DNA of 64,000 nt. Origin: Candidatus Pelagibacter sp. GTDB lineage: Bacteria > Pseudomonadota > Alphaproteobacteria > Pelagibacterales > Pelagibacteraceae. The stretch lies in assembly GCF_052049835.1 (NCBI RefSeq), contig NZ_JBNGZF010000006.1, positions 12,191 to 76,190 on the forward strand. The letters are read 5' to 3'. The translations under genes were made by a program, and so were the position numbers. Under the pieces are notes generated by a model. That model was not told the DNA's origin, searched no databases, and saw only the letters and a list, made by a program, of their open reading frames with translations. Below are positions 29,840-38,323 of the stretch, in pieces (the first letter of the stretch is position 1; each line of letters opens with the position of its first letter).

Positions 29840-30639
29840 TGAATTCATTAATCAGTAAAACTTTCTCAGCTGTGAAAAAAGAGAATAGACCAGCTTTACT
29901 GACATATACGGTAGCTGGAGACAATACTAAAAAAAAATCTTTAGAAATATTAAAATCAATTTCAAATTACGCAGATATTTGTGAATTAGGTTTTCCACAC
30001 AACACACCAATAGCTGATGGAGGGCAAATACAAACAAGTGCTTATAGGGCGATTAAAAATGGTATTAAAATTAATGATGTATTTTCAATTGCAAAAAATT
30101 TTAAAAAGATAAAAAAAAATAAACCAATTATATTGATGGGTTACTACAATATGATCTATCAATATAATGAAAATAAATTTTTAGAAAAATGCAAAAAATC
30201 AAAAGTTGATGGTTTAATTGTTGTTGATTTACCTTATCCTGAAAATAAAAATTTTGCATCAAAATGCAAAAAAAAAGGAATTAATTTTATTCAATTGGTT
30301 TCACCAACTACTTCTCAGATAAGACTAAAAAAAATAATAAAAGATTCACACGACATGATTTATTATATAAGCATGTTATCCACCACAGGTGGAAAACTTA
30401 AAGTGTCCCCAAGGATAATATTAAAAAAATACAATAAAATAAAAAAACAAAATAAATCAAAAAATGTTGTTATTGGCTTTGGTATTACAGAAAAAACAAT
30501 CAAATCTCTAAAAAAAGCTGATGGTTTGGTAGTTGGTAGTGCAATTTGCAAGGAAATCTCTAAATCAATTGAAAAGAGACAAAATGCTGTCACAAATGTT
30601 ACTAATATCGTTAGAAGATTAAAAAATAAAATTCAATGA
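29839..30639 (+). CDS. trpA: Tryptophan synthase alpha chain
   Basis: ELGFP...ADG..IQ (Glu49/Asp60 equivalents), LMGYYN, VDGLIVVDLP, GFGI, ADGLVVGSA. Confidence 0.93.
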   Translation: MNSLISKTFSAVKKENRPALLTYTVAGDNTKKKSLEILKSISNYADICELGFPHNTPIADGGQIQTSAYRAIKNGIKINDVFSIAKNFKKIKKNKPIILMGYYNMIYQYNENKFLEKCKKSKVDGLIVVDLPYPENKNFASKCKKKGINFIQLVSPTTSQIRLKKIIKDSHDMIYYISMLSTTGGKLKVSPRIILKKYNKIKKQNKSKNVVIGFGITEKTIKSLKKADGLVVGSAICKEISKSIEKRQNAVTNVTNIVRRLKNKIQ

Positions 30640-31565
30640 ACTGGATAACTAAAATTATTAAAGCAGGTGAAAAAATTAAAACTGCTATACGTGAAAGAGC
30701 TACGAAAGAAGATATTGCAAAAAGTGATTGGACATCATGTTGTAAGGGTCCAATTTTAAAAAAGGATTTAGAGGAAAACTTATGGGTATGTCCTGATTGT
30801 AAACGTCATCATAGAATAAACCCTCATCAAAGATTTGATATATTGTTTGGAAAAGACAATTACGAGATTTTTAAAACCCCAATACCAAAAGATGATCCAC
30901 TAAATTGGACAGACTCTAAACCTTACAAAGAAAGATTAAAAACTGCTCGAAAAAAAACAGGATTAGAATGTGGAATGATGGTTGCTTCTGGAACTATAAA
31001 TAATATTAAAATTACCGCTGTAGCTTCTGATTTTGATTTCTTAGGAGCTTCAATGGCAGCAGCAGAAGGTGAAGCTTTTTTATATGGAGTACAGCATGCG
31101 ATAGAAAATCAAACACCTTTTTTATGTATTAGTGCTGGTGGAGGAATGAGAATGATGGAAAGTTTAATTTCTTTATCTCAAATGACAAGAACAACACTTG
31201 CAATTAATGAATTAAAGAAAAACGGTCTTCCTTATTTAGTTTGCATAACTGATCCAACAGCTGGAGGTATTACCGCATCATACGCTATGTTAGGTGATAT
31301 TCACATTGCAGAACCAGGAGCTTTAATTGCATTTGCGGGTGCAAGAGTAATTCAAGGAACTGTTAAAGAAGAGCTACCTGAAGGTTTCCAAAAAAGTGAA
31401 TATGTTGAAAAAACTGGTTTTGTTGATTTAATTGTTGAGCGTAAAGAGCTTGCATCAAAAATTGGAACTTTATTATCAATATTGTTAAAGAAAAACTCTG
31501 ATATAAGTGCTGAACAAAATGAAACTTCAGAAGATAGTCAGTCGCTTACAAAAGTTGCATCCTAA
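30636..31565 (+). CDS. accD: Acetyl-CoA carboxylase carboxyltransferase beta subunit
   Basis: Zn ribbon (CCKG...VCPDC), DFDFLGASM, GGGMRMME, DPTAGGITAS, AFAGARVI. Confidence 0.96.
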   Translation: MNWITKIIKAGEKIKTAIRERATKEDIAKSDWTSCCKGPILKKDLEENLWVCPDCKRHHRINPHQRFDILFGKDNYEIFKTPIPKDDPLNWTDSKPYKERLKTARKKTGLECGMMVASGTINNIKITAVASDFDFLGASMAAAEGEAFLYGVQHAIENQTPFLCISAGGGMRMMESLISLSQMTRTTLAINELKKNGLPYLVCITDPTAGGITASYAMLGDIHIAEPGALIAFAGARVIQGTVKEELPEGFQKSEYVEKTGFVDLIVERKELASKIGTLLSILLKKNSDISAEQNETSEDSQSLTKVAS

Positions 31566-32787
31566 AGAAATAGATTTAAGTCTAGATCGTATTCAAAGTC
31601 TCTGCAAAAAATTAGGGAATCCTCAAGATAAAATCAAAGCAATTTCAATTGTTGGTACTAATGGAAAATATTCAACTATCCAAGCAATGTTTTCTATTTT
31701 AAAGGAAGCAAATTTCAAATGTAATGTCTATACAAGTCCACATATAAAAAGTATCAATGAAAGGTATGTTTTTAATAATAAAGAATTGAATGATGAAGAT
31801 TTGGCAAATTTACTTGAAGAAGTTAAGGAAGCTAACAATGGTGAACCAATTACTTTTTTTGAAATATTGACTGCAGCCTATTTTTTAAAAGCATCTCAAT
31901 ACCCAGATAATATCAATTTAATTGAAAGTGGATTATTCTTTAGATTTGACGCTACTAATACCTTAAAAAATAACCTTGCTAGCGTTGTAACATCTATTGG
32001 CCTTGATCATTTAGATTGGCTTCCTGAAAATGAACAAACTGTTGAAAAAATTATTTTTGAGAAAACATCAAGCTTATTAAACTCAAATATTATAGTTGCA
32101 AAACAAAGCAATAAAGAAATTGCGGATAATATTAAAAAAACAATTTCAAATAATAGATCAAATAAGTTTTTCCATAATGAAAATTATAGTTTTACAATGC
32201 AAGAAAATGACTTCTTTTATTATGAAGATCAATTTGGCGGAATAAAATTACCTATGCCAAATGTTAAAGGTCAATTTCAATTAGAAAATGTCTCAACAGC
32301 AATTGCGACCCTAAGAATTTTGAAAGACTTAAAAATTAAAGATGACCACATTAAAAAAGGTATTTTAAAAATAAGTAGTATCGCAAGATTACAAGAAATT
32401 AAATCTGGAAAACTTAAAGAGCTTGTAAAAGATCACAAACTTTATGTTGATGGATCTCATAACCCATTGGGAGCAAAAGTTTTGAATGAATACTTGGAAA
32501 GTTTAGATTGCAATAAACACATCATTCTTGGAATGATGGCTAATAAAGATCATAATGAATATATGAGTTTCTTTAAGGATATCTCTACATTGACTACAAT
32601 AGATATACCTAATCAACCTAATTCAATTAAAGGGAAAGAATTAAAAGATAAGCTTAATGACTTCGCAAATGTTAATTATAAAAAAAGTATTGTGGAAGCT
32701 ATCAAGTCAATTCCAGTCAAGGAAAACGATATAATATTAATTACTGGATCGTTATATCTTGCCGGTGAAGTTTTAAATTTAAATTAG
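31519..32787 (+). CDS. folC: Folylpolyglutamate synthase / dihydrofolate synthase
   Basis: IDLSLDR, GTNGK, YTSPH, TFFEILT, FDATN, IGLDH, DGSHN, GSLYLAGE. ATG at 31519 preferred; it overlaps the accD 3' end. Confidence 0.94.
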   Translation: MKLQKIVSRLQKLHPKEIDLSLDRIQSLCKKLGNPQDKIKAISIVGTNGKYSTIQAMFSILKEANFKCNVYTSPHIKSINERYVFNNKELNDEDLANLLEEVKEANNGEPITFFEILTAAYFLKASQYPDNINLIESGLFFRFDATNTLKNNLASVVTSIGLDHLDWLPENEQTVEKIIFEKTSSLLNSNIIVAKQSNKEIADNIKKTISNNRSNKFFHNENYSFTMQENDFFYYEDQFGGIKLPMPNVKGQFQLENVSTAIATLRILKDLKIKDDHIKKGILKISSIARLQEIKSGKLKELVKDHKLYVDGSHNPLGAKVLNEYLESLDCNKHIILGMMANKDHNEYMSFFKDISTLTTIDIPNQPNSIKGKELKDKLNDFANVNYKKSIVEAIKSIPVKENDIILITGSLYLAGEVLNLN

Positions 32788-33101
32788 ATATTTTTATCTA
32801 AAAATTCCTTCATATGACTTTCGGGAACTCCACCAACTTTTCTATCTACTTCAACGCCTTTTTTATAGATAATAACTGTTGGGACACCTCTGATACCTGC
32901 TGCGCTTCCAGTATTTATTCCACCATCTTCAACATCAGCATAATAGAAACCAGCCTTATCTTTATATTCATCAGATAGCTTATCCATTACTGGTTTTAGT
33001 GCCTTACATGGACCACACCACTCAGCTGAAAACTGGATGACTGAAACATCTTCATTTTTAATTTTAGTATCAAAATCTTCGTCTTTAAAATTTGTAAGCA
33101 T
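32784..33101 (-). CDS. trxA: Thioredoxin
   Basis: WCGPC active site and the GVPT cis-Pro motif. Confidence 0.96.
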   Translation of the reverse strand: MLTNFKDEDFDTKIKNEDVSVIQFSAEWCGPCKALKPVMDKLSDEYKDKAGFYYADVEDGGINTGSAAGIRGVPTVIIYKKGVEVDRKVGGVPESHMKEFLDKNI

Positions 33102-33135
33102 AATTCCTTTCTATTAATTAGAGCCTTAAAGTCAA

Positions 33136-34572
33136 CTAGGCAATTTCATATTTTTTTTCTATAGACATAATAAATTCATTTATTTCATCTAATTTTTTTA
33201 GTTCTTCTTCATCATCTCGATTTGATGCTTGATCTCTTAAGGTATCAATTTCTTGATAAGCCATTCCTATAGTTTGCCACTTTTCTCTATTTTTGCTTAA
33301 AATTCGTCTAGCAATTTCACTTTTTATATTTTTATATAAATCTGGTGGCAAAATATGCGGTGCTTCTTGATAAATAATTTTTTGCCCAAACCAACTACAT
33401 CTTTTATCTTGAAACTTATCCAACATTCTTAATTTATCTTCCCAAGAAGAACTATGCCAAGTTTTAAATAATTGGGTGTCTTTATTGGGAATGAATTTTT
33501 CATATAAAGTTTCTTCAGGTAACAGATCTTCCTGGGTTTGAGTTTGAGCTTTTTCTTCAGCGGCCTCTCTATTAATGATTTGAATATTTTTACAAAAATT
33601 TTCACTATTTCTAACCATTTTCGCTCTTTTCTGGATTGTTTCTAAATCTAAGTCAGCGTATGCCTTCTCTTTTAATGCAAATTTTTTATCTAAAACTACA
33701 GGAGCTTTGTTGGTTTTGATTACTCTAAGTGCTTTTGGACTAAACTTTTTTAAATAAACTTTAAGATCATTTATTGATAAATTTAACAAAGGTTCAGGAT
33801 CTCTTCTTAAATCAAATAGATATCCCCAAGATGCATATGATGGATGAAAACAATGATCTGGATGTAATGTAGAGACAAGATACATCATATTTTTTCCCTT
33901 AACATTTTCGAAAATTGAATAAATCCCCTCACTTTTTAAGATAGTTTCAACGCTATTTTTTGTAGATGTACTTAAAAAATTTTCCCAATTGTCTTTATGT
34001 TTGTCTTTTATAATTCTTAGAATTTTTAAGCTTGTGAATGCATCATGATAAGCAGTGTGTTGTTGAGATGTATCAAATCCTTGTTGTCTAGCTAAACCTT
34101 CTAAAGCTAGACTTTCATTTCCAGCTTCTGTTAATTCAGTCTTTAATGTTTCAGGATTCAAGGTTTGTGCTACTCTTGCAACATGTAACCCGTCATGTTC
34201 TTTATTGGGTGATGAATGTGTAATGTAAGGATATCTATTCCCTTTAAAAAAATTAAAATGAAACATTCGTCTATCAAAATTTAAGTTACTCCAACCCATA
34301 AACAATGCTGGACCAGCTTTAGAGAAAAAATTTTCTACTGCGCCTAAAAAATCGTAATGCGAGTAATTGCCTTTAGTAAGTAAATCAATACTTGTTGAAT
34401 TAACTAATAAGGCCTTTGCACTTGGAACCTCACCCTCGGGCATTCTGCCACGAATATTTAGCTTACCAATTTCTTTTAAGTTTTTATCAACAACCACAGC
34501 ACCTACTTCAATTATTGAGCCCCAAATTGTACTATTTGTTGTTTCTGTATCGTAAATTACTATTTTATCCAT
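33136..34572 (-). CDS. sbcB: Exodeoxyribonuclease I (DEDDh 3'-5' ssDNA exonuclease)
   Basis: YDTETT, NLNFD, HTAYHDA catalytic motifs; LEGLARQQG; IKTNKAPVV; EETLY and length as in the ExoI family. Confidence 0.85.
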   Translation of the reverse strand: MDKIVIYDTETTNSTIWGSIIEVGAVVVDKNLKEIGKLNIRGRMPEGEVPSAKALLVNSTSIDLLTKGNYSHYDFLGAVENFFSKAGPALFMGWSNLNFDRRMFHFNFFKGNRYPYITHSSPNKEHDGLHVARVAQTLNPETLKTELTEAGNESLALEGLARQQGFDTSQQHTAYHDAFTSLKILRIIKDKHKDNWENFLSTSTKNSVETILKSEGIYSIFENVKGKNMMYLVSTLHPDHCFHPSYASWGYLFDLRRDPEPLLNLSINDLKVYLKKFSPKALRVIKTNKAPVVLDKKFALKEKAYADLDLETIQKRAKMVRNSENFCKNIQIINREAAEEKAQTQTQEDLLPEETLYEKFIPNKDTQLFKTWHSSSWEDKLRMLDKFQDKRCSWFGQKIIYQEAPHILPPDLYKNIKSEIARRILSKNREKWQTIGMAYQEIDTLRDQASNRDDEEELKKLDEINEFIMSIEKKYEIA

Positions 34573-34578
34573 AAAATC

Positions 34579-35265
34579 CTAAGTTAAATCCGATAGCTCA
34601 TTAAATTTTTTTAATCTTCCCAAAAACAAATTTTGATAAACAATTAAATCATGCCCTTGGATTTTAAACTCTTGGAATAATTTATCTACTGTGCAAACCA
34701 AAATTACACAAGAAGTGATATTGGAGTTATACACAATGTTATGTGCTAAAGAATATGCACTTGTTTGAAGAAGCCATGAGTCTATGTATTCAGCCTTTTT
34801 AGGTTTATTACTTTGTTTAAAATCTATTATTGTTTCTTTTCCTTCATAAACTCCAACACAATCAGCAGTACCTGCATACTTCTCAGGGTAATAAAGAGTG
34901 CATTCAACACCCCAAATTTCATCCAATCTATTTTTTAAACCTTTTTCTATAATTTCTTTAGCCATTAATTTATATTGTTCGTTATCTTGAAAAAAACTTA
35001 AATTTTCTCTTCCAAGTAAATAGGACTCTAAATAGTTGTGCATTTGAGAACCTCTACTACTTGCTGCTTTCGTAATTGCCTCAGCCTCTTTTTGCCCAGT
35101 TCTTTCTCTCCAATTTGCTAATGCTGCTTTATCTTCTTCAGATCGAGTTGCATCTAAAATTGAAGTGACACTTGGTAATTTTGTTTCCCCTAATAAGTAT
35201 CTTCTAATGCCATCAACTGTTGCTCTTGATGATTTTGGATAATCATATTTTTGATTCCACTGCAT
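34579..35265 (-). CDS. PD-(D/E)XK exonuclease, phage-like / MGME1-like
   Basis: LPSVTSIL, RGSQMHNYLE, E..L, YAGTADCV, IIDFKQS, Q.SAY. Start MQWNQ at 35265 preferred, because the track start at 35370 overlaps rmuC. Confidence 0.85.
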   Translation of the reverse strand: MQWNQKYDYPKSSRATVDGIRRYLLGETKLPSVTSILDATRSEEDKAALANWRERTGQKEAEAITKAASSRGSQMHNYLESYLLGRENLSFFQDNEQYKLMAKEIIEKGLKNRLDEIWGVECTLYYPEKYAGTADCVGVYEGKETIIDFKQSNKPKKAEYIDSWLLQTSAYSLAHNIVYNSNITSCVILVCTVDKLFQEFKIQGHDLIVYQNLFLGRLKKFNELSDLT

Positions 35266-35302
35266 GAGATTTCTTATAGACGTTATTAAGGAAAAAAAGA
35301 AA

Positions 35303-36400
35303 TTAATTTTTAAGCTGCCTATTTCGTTCAACAAATTTTTCCACGTTTTCAGTTTGTACAGCTTTCTCAACCTGCTCGGGATCTTTAATATTTTCTAAGG
35401 TTCTTGAAATTGATCTTGCATCCGTTCCAAATTTATCAACAACTCCCATAGCATCTTCTAATTTTTTTCTAAGAACTATAATGTTGTCAAAATGTTTAGA
35501 AAATCTTGTACTGATTGTTTTTAAATGATTATAAATTTCCGTTGCACCTTTTTGTACCTTCAATGATTGAAATCCCATATGTAAAGACTGTAAGTAAGCA
35601 GAAAGAGTATTAGGTCCACATATTACAACTTTATATTTTTTCATTAACTCTTGAGTTAATAATTCTTTTGTACTTGGATCTTGGTATTCAGTTAACTCTT
35701 TGTATAAACTTTCTGTAGGAGCATATACGATTGCAAAATCAGTAGTTTTTGGTGGAACAATATATTTTTCATTAACACTTTTAGCTTTTGCTTTAAACGC
35801 TGAGGCTAATTTTGCTCTAGCATCTGCTACAGCCCTTTTGTCTTCCGCGTCATGACCATCGGTAATTGCTTTGAATTTTTCTACTGGAAAATGACTATCA
35901 ACAGGAACTAAAACATCTCCTTGAAGCTTTATTGCAAATTCAACATTTTCACTGGTGTCCTCTTTCATTTTAACATTCGTCATGAATTGAGAGGCTGGTA
36001 GCAAATCTTTAATTAGAGCATCTAAGCTAAATTCTGCAAGAGTTCCATATTTCTTAACTCCAGCTAAAATTTTAGTTATCCCCTCTTGGCTTTGATTTAA
36101 TAGTTGAACTTGTTGATTAAAATTACCAACCTTTTCCTCTACCTTAGTTAAAGTTTCAGTCATATCTTTAGTAACCCCAGTTGATAGATTATTAAATGAA
36201 GTCGACATTGCACCAAGTGAGCTATTGATTGTAGTGTTTAAGGTATCTTTTAAACTTGATATTTCTGATTTTAAATTAGCTATTTCCTCAGCTTCTTTGT
36301 TTTCATTCTCATCTTTTGGCTTAGTTTTTAAATTTAGATAAAGAATAGCTAAAACGCCGCCTAATAACAAAACTAGTAAAATTAACAATATATTATCCAT
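35303..36400 (-). CDS. rmuC: DNA recombination protein RmuC family
   Basis: N-terminal TM helix, coiled coil, GTLAEFSL, EKYIVPPKTTDFAIVYAPTESLY, GPNTLSAYLQSLHMGF. Confidence 0.92.
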   Translation of the reverse strand: MDNILLILLVLLLGGVLAILYLNLKTKPKDENENKEAEEIANLKSEISSLKDTLNTTINSSLGAMSTSFNNLSTGVTKDMTETLTKVEEKVGNFNQQVQLLNQSQEGITKILAGVKKYGTLAEFSLDALIKDLLPASQFMTNVKMKEDTSENVEFAIKLQGDVLVPVDSHFPVEKFKAITDGHDAEDKRAVADARAKLASAFKAKAKSVNEKYIVPPKTTDFAIVYAPTESLYKELTEYQDPSTKELLTQELMKKYKVVICGPNTLSAYLQSLHMGFQSLKVQKGATEIYNHLKTISTRFSKHFDNIIVLRKKLEDAMGVVDKFGTDARSISRTLENIKDPEQVEKAVQTENVEKFVERNRQLKN

Positions 36401-36464
36401 GATTCTAATTTTTTATTTTATCGTAAATATTTGATTAATGTATGTAAATATTTAAAAATACTTT

Positions 36465-36596
36465 ATGGAACTAATTTTAGTATTAAAAACATTCTTTATT
36501 ATTTGTGTTATTGTTGCACTTTATGCAATTATTAGAAATCTAGATATTATCAAAATTATACTAATTTATTGGAAAGACTTAATTTTTAGAAAGTAA
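36465..36596 (+). CDS. Putative 43-aa membrane peptide (not in track)
   Basis: MELILVLKTFFIICVIVALYAIIRNLDIIKIILIYWKDLIFRK*. It fills the otherwise empty rmuC-hisG gap and overlaps the hisG stop region by 18 nt. Confidence 0.5.
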   Translation: MELILVLKTFFIICVIVALYAIIRNLDIIKIILIYWKDLIFRK

Positions 36597-37271
36597 TTTT
36601 ACTATTTTTTTAAGACCGATTTTATTATTGGATGACTTAGAAATCATCATGCAGGCCTCTGATCTTAATATTTCTCCATCCTTTAAAATACGTAGATTGT
36701 TTGCTTTTAACGTTTCTCCGGTAGAAGTGATATCTGTAATTATTTCCGATGAGCCTGTAAAAGGATAAGCTTCAGTTGCACCCAAACTGTCAATTAATTT
36801 GAATTGGGTAACACCTTTTGAAAACAAAAATTCCCTTGTTAAGTTTGGATATTTTGTTGCTACTCTTAATCTTTTCTTTTTCTTATCTTTAAATTCAAAT
36901 GCAATTTCTTCTAAATCTGCAACTGTTTGTACATCTATCCATGGATCAGGAATTGCGACTACTAATGTAGCCTTACCAAAATCATATCTTTTTAAAACAT
37001 TAATTTTCTTTTGAGTGTTAATTTCACTTTCCTTTAATAAATCAAAGCCAGAAAAACCTATGTCCAAAGATCCGTCTCCAAGTCTTTCGATGATCTCTCT
37101 TGCATGAAGATATAAAATCTTAATATTTTTAAATTGTTTTATAGATCCTAAAAGATCTCTTTCTCCTCTTTCAGAAATGAGATTTAATTTATTTTTTTTA
37201 AAAATATTTAAAACATCTTTTCTAAGTCTACCTTTGCTTGGAACTCCAATATTTAAAATATTTTTTGTCAT
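36579..37271 (-). CDS. hisG: ATP phosphoribosyltransferase, short form
   Basis: GVPSKGRL, LDIGFSGFD, RVATKYP, SLGATE, DITSTGETLKANNL. Confidence 0.96.
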   Translation of the reverse strand: MTKNILNIGVPSKGRLRKDVLNIFKKNKLNLISERGERDLLGSIKQFKNIKILYLHAREIIERLGDGSLDIGFSGFDLLKESEINTQKKINVLKRYDFGKATLVVAIPDPWIDVQTVADLEEIAFEFKDKKKKRLRVATKYPNLTREFLFSKGVTQFKLIDSLGATEAYPFTGSSEIITDITSTGETLKANNLRILKDGEILRSEACMMISKSSNNKIGLKKIVKLLSKN

Positions 37272-38323
37272 TAGTAATTTAAATTTAAAGCAGCGCCTAC
37301 TGCTGGAGTTTGTATTTTTGATCCTAAATCTGAAATTAGACCATCATAACGACCACCATTAATAATATTTTTTAATGAGTTTTTAGATTTAATATCAATT
37401 TTAAAAACCATCCCAGTGTAATATTCTAATTGTCTTCCAAAGGATGCTGAAAATACTACATTTATTTTTGAAACCTTATTATTAGAGATTGGAAAATATT
37501 TTTGATCTACAGCTAGATTTATTTTGTATTTTTTAAAAAATTTATTTAACTCCATTGCTGCTTTATTTATGGGACATCTAATTTTTAAGAAATCTTTAAT
37601 TATTTTTGAAACATTTTTTCCTTTGCTGGCTCTTCTAGGATCTTTTATTTTCTGGTCAAATCTTTTTAATATTTCGTTAATTGTTCTGCCTGCCACAATG
37701 TTCGATAAATCTTCTTTAAGCATTTTCACGTAACGCTTTTTATCTATTTCTACAATTGTCGGATCAACATCTGAATTAGTTTCTAATCTTTTTAATAAAT
37801 CATTAAAATATTCCTCTCTCCAGAAGTGTCTAGCTAATCTTAGTTTCCATCTCTTTGGAATATCTAATTTTGAAATTAACAAATTAAATATTTCAACATT
37901 TCCAATGGTTAGCGTTCCTGAAGAATATTTAATATTTTGAAGAGATTTAAGAGATGTATTTATAATTTCTTTATCATCATTTTTCTCATCCTTAGATCCC
38001 AAAATTTCAAATCCAATTTGATTTCTGATTATCGAGTCTTTTTTATTTTGTGATTTTCGATAAGCTTGACCACTATAAAAAATTTTTTCCTTCCCCTGTA
38101 AATTATTTTCTAAATATCTTAAACAAGATGCAATCGTTAAATCTGGTCTTAAGCATAACTCGCTTCCATTCTGATCCGTAAAAGAAAAGATAAATTTTCT
38201 AAAGTTTTCTCCTGATCTTTGAACAATGTGATTAGCCTCAATTACTGAAGGTAAATCAATATATTTAAAACCCTTAGCTTTCACTGATCTAAGGATATTT
38301 TCAGATAAGTTTTTTGACTTCAT
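37271..38323 (-). CDS. hisZ: ATP phosphoribosyltransferase regulatory subunit
   Basis: LCLRPDLT, YSGQAYR, QIGFEILG, YYTGMVF, GGRYDGL; lies between hisS and hisG. Confidence 0.92.
   Translation of the reverse strand: MKSKNLSENILRSVKAKGFKYIDLPSVIEANHIVQRSGENFRKFIFSFTDQNGSELCLRPDLTIASCLRYLENNLQGKEKIFYSGQAYRKSQNKKDSIIRNQIGFEILGSKDEKNDDKEIINTSLKSLQNIKYSSGTLTIGNVEIFNLLISKLDIPKRWKLRLARHFWREEYFNDLLKRLETNSDVDPTIVEIDKKRYVKMLKEDLSNIVAGRTINEILKRFDQKIKDPRRASKGKNVSKIIKDFLKIRCPINKAAMELNKFFKKYKINLAVDQKYFPISNNKVSKINVVFSASFGRQLEYYTGMVFKIDIKSKNSLKNIINGGRYDGLISDLGSKIQTPAVGAALNLNY

Noticed and set aside
35266-35370. 35-aa N-terminal extension of the PD-(D/E)XK nuclease
   Set aside because: It overlaps the rmuC 3' end; family-like sequence starts at MQWNQKY.
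33136-36400. Prophage remnant or Cas4-associated CRISPR locus around the nuclease genes
   Set aside because: No integrase, structural genes, att repeats or repeat-spacer array; the nuclease lacks the Cas4 Fe-S cysteines.
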